Below, in pieces: positions 1 to 6,717 of a DNA stretch of 64,000 bases. The notes beneath the pieces are model-generated. The model made no database searches. It saw only the letters and a program-made list of their open reading frames with translations, and had not been told where the DNA came from. A program made the translations under genes and the position numbers. The stretch is from an uncultured virus (IMG/VR IMGVR_UViG_3300042486_001633) (Duplodnaviria; Heunggongvirae; Uroviricota; Caudoviricetes): the IMG/VR virus record IMGVR_UViG_3300042486_001633. One strand, 5' to 3'. Position 1 is the stretch's first letter. Each line of letters starts with the position of its first letter.

Positions 1-8
1 CTAACTAA

Positions 9-101
9 ATATAACAAGGTATATGTGAAATACCTCATAAAGTTTCTACTAAATTTTAAAGTTCTGTGGTAAGGTACTTCACATATACCCAACCGTTATA
101 C
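9..101 (+). repeat. attC-like site 0
   Basis: ATATAAC 9-15; arms GGTATATGTGAAATACCT / AGGTACTTCACATATACC (1 mismatch); CAACC-GTTATAC 95-101. Confidence 0.85.
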
Positions 102-153
102 ACAATACTACATCATACGTTCTAATTAAGTTATGTGTAAAAACTTTTTAAAA

Positions 154-312
154 TTAATTACTCAAAGACAAACATTTTTGTAAAACTGATTTCATCAATT
201 TTAATGTTTCATCATCAAATAACGAACCTCTTGAATTAACTTTACTTTCATAATCTAATTTTATTAATTCTTTAATTTCCCTAATTAATTCAGTTCTTTC
301 TTGTTGTGTCAT
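154..312 (-). CDS. Cassette 1 ORF b, 52 aa hypothetical (MTQQERTELIREIKELIKLDY...)
   Basis: Read by hand, below ORF-track cutoff; ATG at 312, TAA at 154-156, directly downstream of 317..502. Confidence 0.65.
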   Translation of the reverse strand: MTQQERTELIREIKELIKLDYESKVNSRGSLFDDETLKLMKSVLQKCLSLSN

Positions 313-316
313 AATT

Positions 317-502
317 TTATTTTTTAAATTTTAATTCTTCTTCAATAATCATCACCATATCATCAAATGAAATTCCCCTTTCATCCGCTCTTTGTTGAAT
401 ATACTCTTCACTAAGATGAATATAATTCGCTTTTGGTTTATCATTTTTACTAATTTCATTTGATGCTTTTAGTAATTTTTCTATAATTTGTTTTTGTTCC
501 AT
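317..502 (-). CDS. Cassette 1 ORF a, hypothetical
   Basis: ORF track; lies between attC0 and attC1. Confidence 0.7.
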   Translation of the reverse strand: MEQKQIIEKLLKASNEISKNDKPKANYIHLSEEYIQQRADERGISFDDMVMIIEEELKFKK

Positions 503-565
503 ATTTTTTTAAAAAGTTTTTATTTGTATTTCAAATCAACACCCTACCTTATTAATCCGTAATGT

Positions 566-619
566 GTATAACAACAAATATATTGCATTAAAACGACAAT
601 ATATTTGCAACCGTTAGGC
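566..619 (+). repeat. attC-like site 1 (short, 54 bp)
   Basis: GTATAAC, arms CAAATATATTG / CAATATATTTG, CAACC-GTTAGGC. Confidence 0.85.
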
Positions 620-629
620 GTAATAAATT

Positions 630-779
630 TTACTGCCATTCGTCAAAGTTTTTATAATAGTTCTCCGCATCTTTCTTTGTCCATTTTATTTTGGTTGCTG
701 CATCAATGTCCTTTTTAATTTGTCTGTCATCTGCTATCATAAACAGTATAACTATTCCAAAAAATATTAGTAGTCCCAT
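630..779 (-). CDS. Cassette 2 ORF, 49 aa with N-terminal hydrophobic segment (MGLLIFFGIVILFMIADD...)
   Basis: Read by hand; fills the cassette between attC1 and attC2. Confidence 0.65.
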   Translation of the reverse strand: MGLLIFFGIVILFMIADDRQIKKDIDAATKIKWTKKDAENYYKNFDEWQ

Positions 780-798
780 AATCGTAAAATTTACATAC

Positions 799-928
799 GC
801 CTAACATTGCATAACCAAAAGCGGGGCGTATATCCGTCATTCAGCTATTGTACTACCAATTTACTTTGTGCCGTTGGTTAGGGTGGTTGCACTTAATCCC
901 CGCCTTCGGTTATACCTGTCCGTTATAA
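799..928 (+). repeat. attC-like site 2
   Basis: GCCTAAC, arms ATAACCAAAAGCGGGG / CCCCGCCTTCGGTTAT, GTTATAA at 922. Confidence 0.85.
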
Positions 929-950
929 GTAATAAAACAAAAATTATGGA

Positions 951-1145
951 TTATTTAATAAACCCACTATGTTTTAAAAACTCACGCATTGCATCAACAA
1001 CTTCTTTGTCGTTTTCAATTAATTTACCTTTCACAAAAATATCACCATTCTCTTTTAATAAGATTATTGCTTCATTTTCACTTTTACCTAAATCAAATCT
1101 AATTGTGTTAGGTTCTAATTCACTTTTTAATTCTAAATTTTCCAT
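951..1145 (-). CDS. Cassette 3 ORF, hypothetical
   Basis: ORF track; fills cassette. Confidence 0.75.
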   Translation of the reverse strand: MENLELKSELEPNTIRFDLGKSENEAIILLKENGDIFVKGKLIENDKEVVDAMREFLKHSGFIK

Positions 1146-1185
1146 AATATTACTTTTTTATTTGTATAATTTTTGTTTTACATAC

Positions 1186-1239
1186 TTATAACAAAGTGTA
1201 AAAAACATTAAAACGATTTTTTACACTCCACCATTAGTG
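1186..1239 (+). repeat. attC-like site 3 (short; core GTT changed to ATT)
   Basis: TTATAAC, arms AGTGTAAAAAA / TTTTTTACACT, same CATTAAAACGA loop as site 1, ends CCACC-ATTAGTG. Confidence 0.8.
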
Positions 1240-1246
1240 GCAAGTG

Positions 1247-1459
1247 CTACATCACCACTTCTTCACGACATTTTGTTCCATCAAAATAACATAAGTTTTT
1301 TTGTGCTTCTTCTAATGTAGAAAAACTATCTGTTGTTGAAACATCATTATTCATCCAAGCATCTACCCACCACCAAAAAAACAAGAAGTGTCGTTGTTGT
1401 ATTGTAAATTCTACTCTACCATCGGGCATTGTTCTTTCAATTATTCTTACTTTTTTCAT
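1247..1459 (-). CDS. Cassette 4 ORF, hypothetical
   Basis: ORF track; fills cassette. Confidence 0.75.
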   Translation of the reverse strand: MKKVRIIERTMPDGRVEFTIQQRHFLFFWWWVDAWMNNDVSTTDSFSTLEEAQKNLCYFDGTKCREEVVM

Positions 1460-1483
1460 TTTCGTTTAATTTACCGCACCAGC

Positions 1484-1586
1484 CACTAACAGCGGTTTGG
1501 TGCTATTATTTTGCCTATAAATTTTATCTAAGGATTGAAATGTCTGCAAGGCAAAATAACAGACACCAAGCCGCATAACGTTAGGC
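1484..1586 (+). repeat. attC-like site 4
   Basis: CACTAAC, arms GCGGTTTGGTG..TTATTTTGCCT / AGGCAAAATAA..CACCAAGCCGC, GTTAGGC at 1580. Confidence 0.85.
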
Positions 1587-1591
1587 ACAAT

Positions 1592-1864
1592 TTAAGACTG
1601 TCCAAATCTACCTTTGTCTATATAAATCAACAAAGTGTCTTGATATGTTCCCATATTAGGTCTTACCATTACTGATAGTCCTCGTTCAATTATTATATTT
1701 ACTATCTCACTTTGCTTTTCAACAGAATAATCAAATTCAGAGTTATGTTCAAAGTAAGGTATTAAATCCCGTTCTTTCCAATAAGCTACTACTATTTTTT
1801 TCATAAGAATAAAAACTGTGCCTAACAACGTATATAAGAGATACGCCAATAAGCGGTTATACAT
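1592..1864 (-). CDS. Cassette 5 ORF, hypothetical (alternative start ATG 1804)
   Basis: ORF track; upstream ATG lies inside the attC5 loop. Confidence 0.7.
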   Translation of the reverse strand: MYNRLLAYLLYTLLGTVFILMKKIVVAYWKERDLIPYFEHNSEFDYSVEKQSEIVNIIIERGLSVMVRPNMGTYQDTLLIYIDKGRFGQS

Positions 1865-1913
1865 TTATTTAAGTTTATCGGTGGCGTACCTCTCATATAC
1901 GCAACCGTTATAG
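1820..1913 (+). repeat. attC-like site 5
   Basis: GCCTAAC, arms CGTATATAAGAGATACGCCA / TGGCGTACCTCTCATATACG, CAACC-GTTATAG. Confidence 0.85.
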
Positions 1914-1919
1914 CCAATG

Positions 1920-2189
1920 CTACTTATTGTACCAAACAACGTGTGTTGCATCTAATTGGGGTGTCGAAAAAACTTCATCACTACTTTTAAGTCCATCCTT
2001 CACCCAATATCCGTTACCATCAAAATTACAGAAGCAACCGTCTTTTACTGCTTGTTTCCATTCTTCAACCGTGTAAATATCATCATCCCAATCTTGGTCA
2101 AGTTTTTTCGTGTATCTATCCGCACTACTGCTAACAGCAAGTATATTCAATTGCTCATTGTCTTGCTTATTTTTATCTTTGTTTTCCAT
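1920..2189 (-). CDS. Cassette 6 ORF, hypothetical; starts inside attC6 loop
   Basis: ORF track. Confidence 0.75.
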   Translation of the reverse strand: MENKDKNKQDNEQLNILAVSSSADRYTKKLDQDWDDDIYTVEEWKQAVKDGCFCNFDGNGYWVKDGLKSSDEVFSTPQLDATHVVWYNK

Positions 2190-2260
2190 ATCTACTTTTA
2201 TTTGTTAATTAGTATTTGTTTTTCAAAATCGCAACTAAATATACTTGCGAAACGTTATAT
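2129..2260 (+). repeat. attC-like site 6
   Basis: TGCTAAC, arms GCAAGTATATT..TTGC / GCAA..AATATACTTGC, GAAAC-GTTATAT. Confidence 0.85.
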
Positions 2261-2261
2261 G

Positions 2262-2456
2262 CTATGCTGTGAAACCTGACTTAGAAAGTGCATCATCAAC
2301 CATGTCAAAAACCTTTTCAGGAATGTGTGCGGTCATGTGTTTTCTAACTTCAATCAAAGTCTTAGCAAGTAATTCAATCGTTTCTTTTTGTGCTTTATCA
2401 CGAACAAAATCGTATTCTGCACTTTCTACTGTTTTTGGGAAAGTTCCTCTTGTCAT
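2262..2456 (-). CDS. Cassette 7 ORF, hypothetical
   Basis: ORF track; fills cassette. Confidence 0.75.
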   Translation of the reverse strand: MTRGTFPKTVESAEYDFVRDKAQKETIELLAKTLIEVRKHMTAHIPEKVFDMVDDALSKSGFTA

Positions 2457-2482
2457 TTTAATTTAGATTTGAGAAGCACAGC

Positions 2483-2614
2483 ATATAACAACACATTGCC
2501 AAAAGTGGCGGTTTAGTGCTAATATCAACTGTTGTGCTTCGGTTTAACATTCGTTTTTATATCAATTTTAGTGCTTCGATTTCGCCACCTTCGGCAATCT
2601 GCAAAACGTTATAA
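2483..2614 (+). repeat. attC-like site 7
   Basis: ATATAAC, arms ATTGCCAAAAGTGGCG / CGCCACCTTCGGCAAT, CAAAAC-GTTATAA. Confidence 0.85.
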
Positions 2615-2625
2615 GCAAATAAAAA

Positions 2626-2865
2626 TTACTCACTTTTCGTTTCATCAACAACTTTTTGGTTTCTAATTTCGCCTTCCAACTCCATCATTTTCATAAAGCA
2701 ATCTCTTAAATGCGAGTGCATCTTACCTAACTCAAATCCGTAAACAACATCATCTTTTTCGGAGTTGCATAAATCTCTAACTAAATCCGCATTTAGTTCA
2801 AACATTCTTTTGTAATGCTCAATTTGTTCTAATTGTTCTTGTGTAATCAAATATTTTCGTTCCAT
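2626..2865 (-). CDS. Cassette 8 ORF, hypothetical
   Basis: ORF track; fills cassette. Confidence 0.75.
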   Translation of the reverse strand: MERKYLITQEQLEQIEHYKRMFELNADLVRDLCNSEKDDVVYGFELGKMHSHLRDCFMKMMELEGEIRNQKVVDETKSE

Positions 2866-2885
2866 AATCCGTAATTTTTATCAGC

Positions 2886-2954
2886 TTATAACAGCGTATA
2901 TACAAGATACGCCTACAAGCATTTGTTTATAATTTAAAGTTTCGTTAAGGCGTA
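2886..2954 (+). repeat. attC-like site 8, truncated right arm
   Basis: Left arm resembles site 5 (TAAC-AGCGTATATACAAGATACGCC) but the right arm stops after AGGCGTA. Confidence 0.7.
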
Positions 2955-3269
2955 ATGCTGACGAAGGAACTCGACAATGGTTTTGCTATCGACTTGTTTA
3001 GCACCAGCCTTTATTGCCTTATCAATCATTGCACCTTTTACATCGTAATGTGGCTGATTTTTATTTCGCTTGTTTTGAAACCAGCATTTGTTTAACCCAA
3101 TACTTTGAGCAAATGAATGAAGATTTGGTATAGTATCAGCCACTAAATGACACCAACCATTTTTCGGAAAATCAATAAGCACTACACCTAACACTGCATA
3201 CCCGACAATGGGGGCTGACGTGCTATTTTCGGCATTTGTGCTATTATCAAAGTTCATTTCTAAATTCAT
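2934..3269 (-). CDS. Cassette 9 ORF, DUF4031-like protein; starts inside attC9 loop
   Basis: WCHLVAD..LHSFA..IGL..WFQ..PHYDV pattern typical of DUF4031. Confidence 0.75.
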   Translation of the reverse strand: MNLEMNFDNSTNAENSTSAPIVGYAVLGVVLIDFPKNGWCHLVADTIPNLHSFAQSIGLNKCWFQNKRNKNQPHYDVKGAMIDKAIKAGAKQVDSKTIVEFLRQHYALTKL

Positions 3270-3316
3270 CGGTTTTGCTTTTAATTCCCCACTGCGGGTA
3301 TGCTTTTACGTTATAG
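3186..3316 (+). repeat. attC-like site 9
   Basis: ACCTAAC, arms GCATACCCG.CAATGGGG / CCCCACTGCGGGTATGC, GTTATAG at 3310. Confidence 0.85.
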
Positions 3317-3337
3317 GTAATAAAATTTACTGCCATC

Positions 3338-3658
3338 CTACTTCCAATCAGCATTTGGTTGATTAAATTCGGGGCGTAAATCGGGGCTTGAATGTGCCAC
3401 ATTACCTTCATATTCTTTTTTCAATTCGTCTTGTTCTTCCGCAAGCACTCTGTAATTATACATTGTTGATGGTCTGCCTTCAATTCCCACCATCGTATAA
3501 TTAAAGTGGTCTTTAGGTAAGTGCTTGCTAAATTCTACCTTGTTAATAGTTGCCAATCCTCCTTCAAAATCATCTTCTCCACGATACACATAGTAAGATG
3601 ATGGCACATAAATTTTGTCCCCGATTTTCGGTTCTTTGATTTTAGTTTTGTCTTTCAT
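3338..3658 (-). CDS. Cassette 10 ORF, hypothetical
   Basis: ORF track; flanked by a perfect 21 bp inverted repeat (3310-3330 / 3664-3684). Confidence 0.8.
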   Translation of the reverse strand: MKDKTKIKEPKIGDKIYVPSSYYVYRGEDDFEGGLATINKVEFSKHLPKDHFNYTMVGIEGRPSTMYNYRVLAEEQDELKKEYEGNVAHSSPDLRPEFNQPNADWK

Positions 3659-3677
3659 AATCCGTAAATTTTATTAC

Positions 3678-3769
3678 CTATAACAAGGGCTATACAAAAC
3701 CCCACATCAACAGCAGTGGTTAATAATTAAGTTCATCTATGTGGGGCTTCGCATAGCCATGAGTTATAA
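3678..3769 (+). repeat. attC-like site 10 (last in array)
   Basis: CTATAAC, arms GGCTATACAAAACCCCACAT / ATGTGGGGCTTCGCATAGCC, GTTATAA at 3763. Confidence 0.8.
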
Positions 3770-3814
3770 CCAGATTTTCTAAAGATATTATACTAAAATT
3801 TTAATAAATAATAA

Positions 3815-3899
3815 AGACCGGCGGACTTAAATGTCCCACATTAGGACCGGTTATAGTTTAGGCTATAAGAAAACGTCGACCTCGCTAGTCGACGTTTTC
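3815..3899 (+). ncRNA. Candidate small structured RNA
   Basis: Late-type motif ATAAATAA at 3804-3811 followed by three consecutive stem-loops and no ORF. Confidence 0.35.
3869..3899. terminator. Probable bidirectional intrinsic terminator
   Basis: GAAAACGTCGAC-ctcgcta-GTCGACGTTTTC perfect 12 bp stem just after the stop of 3905..4642. Confidence 0.75.
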
Positions 3900-3904
3900 G
3901 CTTC

Positions 3905-4642
3905 CTATCGACCTGCGTTAAGTTTGTGTTTTACTGCAAGCTCTCGAATAACTGCAGTTTTTGCATAGCATACCGTTCTCAAGATGAAGCTAGTAATCTT
4001 AGCATATCTACGATCGTCTCTGGATCCCCAGGAAGAATAGCATTCTATTTCATTAAGACAATTTTGTATGGCTGACTTATTTCCCTCTATTGCACTCCTG
4101 TATTCTCGGCTGAACTTCTGAAGACAATACTTGACCATTCGAAAATCTGGTACAACTGATGTGTAGCCATGGCCGTCTTCAGTCCTCTTCCAGTATTCCA
4201 ACTTATAACTAAATCTTCGAGGCTGATACTGTACTTCGACTGGATACGGGTGTCCTTTTTCTTTTGGGACAAAGACTATTTTCCACTTACCGATCGTAAT
4301 CTTTTTGGTTCGGGCTTTAATTGCAGCTTTACCTTCTTGATAATAATGGTTCCAAGAATTAAGCGCATACCTCATGCCGCTCCTACTACATTTCTCAATA
4401 ATAGTGTATGCAACAGCCCACTTAATTTGTTCAGGTTTATTACGTATGAACATATCACCGTCCTCAATCCATACTGCATCGAGATTATTGGCCTCACAAT
4501 ATTCATAAGTACACTGATAGCCTTCCTTGAAGGAAGGTGTGCCGTTTGGGTCGGACACATGTTCACCTAGATCTTCATATCGATCTTTATGGGTCACGAC
4601 CAGTTCGTGACTACAACATGGGCAAAATAGGCTAGTTTTCAT
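3905..4642 (-). CDS. Hypothetical protein with N-terminal Cys cluster
   Basis: 245 aa ORF, CPCC and CxxxxC; own promoter motif upstream. Confidence 0.8.
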   Translation of the reverse strand: MKTSLFCPCCSHELVVTHKDRYEDLGEHVSDPNGTPSFKEGYQCTYEYCEANNLDAVWIEDGDMFIRNKPEQIKWAVAYTIIEKCSRSGMRYALNSWNHYYQEGKAAIKARTKKITIGKWKIVFVPKEKGHPYPVEVQYQPRRFSYKLEYWKRTEDGHGYTSVVPDFRMVKYCLQKFSREYRSAIEGNKSAIQNCLNEIECYSSWGSRDDRRYAKITSFILRTVCYAKTAVIRELAVKHKLNAGR

Positions 4643-4692
4643 ATTTAATATAAATTATCATAACTTAATAATACTACAAGTTTTGATAAAAT

Positions 4693-4720
4693 AAAAAAGG
4701 ATCTCAAAAAGAGATCCTTT
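4693..4720 (-). terminator. Intrinsic terminator
   Basis: AAAGGATCTC-aaaaa-GAGATCCTTT with T-run on the minus strand after 4742..5497. Confidence 0.8.
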
Positions 4721-4741
4721 AGCAAGAGCCTGACGTTAAAT

Positions 4742-5497
4742 TTAGAATTGAGTGCCGCAGCTTGGACAGAACTTCCAATTTGCATGTTTGATACGAGTTC
4801 CGCAGTTACTACAGTAATTGCGAATGTCTGATGCCTCGACTGGTTTGCTAGATTCTGGTAAGATCTGTAGTTCAATTGATTTTGAACACCAACTAGAATA
4901 ATTAGACTGATCACTGCTAAACTGTTGGCTTGACATTTCTCCTCGTTCTGCACGACCAGTCTCAAGTGAACCGGCTGGCTGCAAATTAGAATTAGCAAAC
5001 GAAGCATTTGCTCCAATTGAACCAGTAAGATCAGCTGAAGTGTTAGAATAAAGACAGTTAACTGTAGTGCCTCCAAATACTGGAGGATTCCAGTACTGTG
5101 GTCTGGTTGTGTAAACATATGTTGAGATAGACGGATAGTGAATCGTCTGTTCATCATAGAATTCTACACGTAGTTTTCCATTATCCACAATTGCGCCCTT
5201 CGCTTCAGTTGAATCCTCAACTTCGTAGGTTTCAAAGAGGAATTTTTTTGACTCATCAAGCCAACGTTCTAAGAAAACTCTTTGACCTGGACGAAGCACA
5301 ATTCCAGATGAGGAAATTGATACTCCATTCAAATAGATCTTTGCAAGAATTTTAATGGATTTTGGATTGAATAATTCTATCTCAAAATGAGTCTTGTCCT
5401 TAAGATAGATTTTATCGCCATAATGTTTAAGACGATTTCGGTTTACTGCTATATTCGCAGTGGGTTGTTGCCAACCATTGAGTGTTGTGTGGTACAT
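4742..5497 (-). CDS. Hypothetical protein with C-terminal zinc ribbon
   Basis: CSNCG...KFCPSCG at C terminus. Confidence 0.85.
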   Translation of the reverse strand: MYHTTLNGWQQPTANIAVNRNRLKHYGDKIYLKDKTHFEIELFNPKSIKILAKIYLNGVSISSSGIVLRPGQRVFLERWLDESKKFLFETYEVEDSTEAKGAIVDNGKLRVEFYDEQTIHYPSISTYVYTTRPQYWNPPVFGGTTVNCLYSNTSADLTGSIGANASFANSNLQPAGSLETGRAERGEMSSQQFSSDQSNYSSWCSKSIELQILPESSKPVEASDIRNYCSNCGTRIKHANWKFCPSCGTQF

Positions 5498-5608
5498 AGT
5501 TTACCTGATTATTTTTAATTAAGCAAACGTCTTTATGGCGATGACACCATTCTAAAGCCACTGGGACTCGACGCCGACTAGAGCGTCAGGCTCTTATAGT
5601 TATATACT

Positions 5609-5920
5609 CTAAATGGTAAAAGAGGTTTCACTGACTGGGATTACTTGATAATTAGGAGATCCCATTTGCTTGTCGTACTTTAGGATAAAGTTAAAAAGCA
5701 AAGAAATTTCACAAAAGTCGCTATAGTCAATCGTCTTGCCCATTTTTTCAGAAAGCTTGATCTCGTTTCCATTATCGAGTGCAGACAAGATTAATTTATT
5801 AGGATAAGTCCAGTGGTCTGCACTAGAATAATGCAATGAATATTCAGTACCATTATCAGTATGATCTACGAAAATATCATATTCATGTTTAGTATTTTCA
5901 AATATTTTAAATTCTTTCAT
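5609..5920 (-). CDS. Hypothetical protein
   Basis: ORF track, in a tightly packed minus-strand run. Confidence 0.75.
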   Translation of the reverse strand: MKEFKIFENTKHEYDIFVDHTDNGTEYSLHYSSADHWTYPNKLILSALDNGNEIKLSEKMGKTIDYSDFCEISLLFNFILKYDKQMGSPNYQVIPVSETSFTI

Positions 5921-6071
5921 CTTTGTTTTTTAATAAATCATTTAATCGTTTAATTTCAGCGATTACATCATCGCCTAATTCAATTTTAGACATCATTGAT
6001 AAGTCTACCACTTGAGAGTATAATACATTGATTAGCTCTTGTTGTACTTTGATTGTTTCTTCTTTATTCAT
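5907..6071 (-). CDS. Hypothetical protein, 54 aa (MNKEETIKVQQELINVLYSQ...)
   Basis: Read by hand; fills the gap and overlaps both neighbours. Confidence 0.7.
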   Translation of the reverse strand: MNKEETIKVQQELINVLYSQVVDLSMMSKIELGDDVIAEIKRLNDLLKNKDERI

Positions 6072-6382
6072 TAGTTATTGATTTTAAAATTGGTAATAGG
6101 ATAATCAATTTCAATTTCCCAGCCTTTATGTCTTTGGTGAATGTAGTAAAGTAAATTTTGAACTTTATCTGCATGCTTCATGTCTATTAATTTAAAGGTC
6201 AGTTCTTTGACGTACTTACCATTGTCGATTGAATATTCAATTGAGCTTAAAGTTGCAACACTATCTTTTTCATAAAAAATAGTAATGTGATCAGAATGAA
6301 ATCCAGTAGTATCTATTTTTTTAAGGGTTGAACACCCAATTAATAGAGCTGAGCTCAATATTAATGTTAATAATTTATTCAT
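6071..6382 (-). CDS. Putative lipoprotein
   Basis: Signal peptide with LIGC lipobox. Confidence 0.7.
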   Translation of the reverse strand: MNKLLTLILSSALLIGCSTLKKIDTTGFHSDHITIFYEKDSVATLSSIEYSIDNGKYVKELTFKLIDMKHADKVQNLLYYIHQRHKGWEIEIDYPITNFKINN

Positions 6383-6686
6383 TTTTATTTTGTTTTCTTT
6401 CGTTTATTATTTCAATTAGTGCATTGCCGTGACATAATTTCGGAGCACACCAACAACCTAGTGTTTTTCCTTCTAGTTCATGTAAATGATCTAATAGCCA
6501 TTTACCTTCTCCTTCTAGAATCCACTCCTTGTATTTCTGAACAGCTTCTTCTCGACTCGCAACAATATATTGTGCTGCAGTCTTTTTATCAGCAATATGT
6601 GTGAAAGGATTTCCCCATTTAGATCCATATCCTCTCCCTATGTATACATCATATGGTTCTTTTTTAATATGAACGACTTTATTCAT
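6375..6686 (-). CDS. DUF4326 family protein
   Basis: DVYIGR..SKWGNPF..L.GK.LGCWCAPKLCHG. Confidence 0.85.
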   Translation of the reverse strand: MNKVVHIKKEPYDVYIGRGYGSKWGNPFTHIADKKTAAQYIVASREEAVQKYKEWILEGEGKWLLDHLHELEGKTLGCWCAPKLCHGNALIEIINERKQNKNE

Positions 6687-6717
6687 CGATTTGAATTAAT
6701 TTTTATTGTTTTCATAG

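Larger units (their letters stand above)
9..3769 (+). mobile_element. Integron-like gene cassette array (11 attC-like sites, 10 cassettes, no integrase in window; probably continues beyond left edge)
   Basis: Regularly spaced imperfect hairpins of form nnnTAAC-arm-loop-arm-(CAACC/AAAC)GTTA separate small ORFs; the start of each cassette is the reverse complement of its own end. Confidence 0.85.

Noticed and set aside
868..2466. Plus-strand ORFs 868..1191, 1956..2279 and 2245..2466 as sense cassette genes
   Set aside because: They use GTG/TTG-type starts, cross attC sites, have Ser/Phe/Leu-rich antisense-like composition and shadow better minus-strand ORFs.
9..3769. CRISPR array or simple terminator series
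   Set aside because: Repeats differ in sequence and length, the intervening units are 190-470 bp and coding, the hairpins lack consistent U-tails, and the cassette-specific end matching is not explained by either.
4087..5157. Overlapping ORFs 4087..4272, 4169..4570, 4372..4566 and 4645..5157
   Set aside because: Alternative frames of longer genes; 4645..5157 also runs through a terminator.
4724..5595. Retron (a1/a2 repeats) or IS element
   Set aside because: The enclosed ORF has no reverse transcriptase or transposase motifs, and no target duplication is evident.
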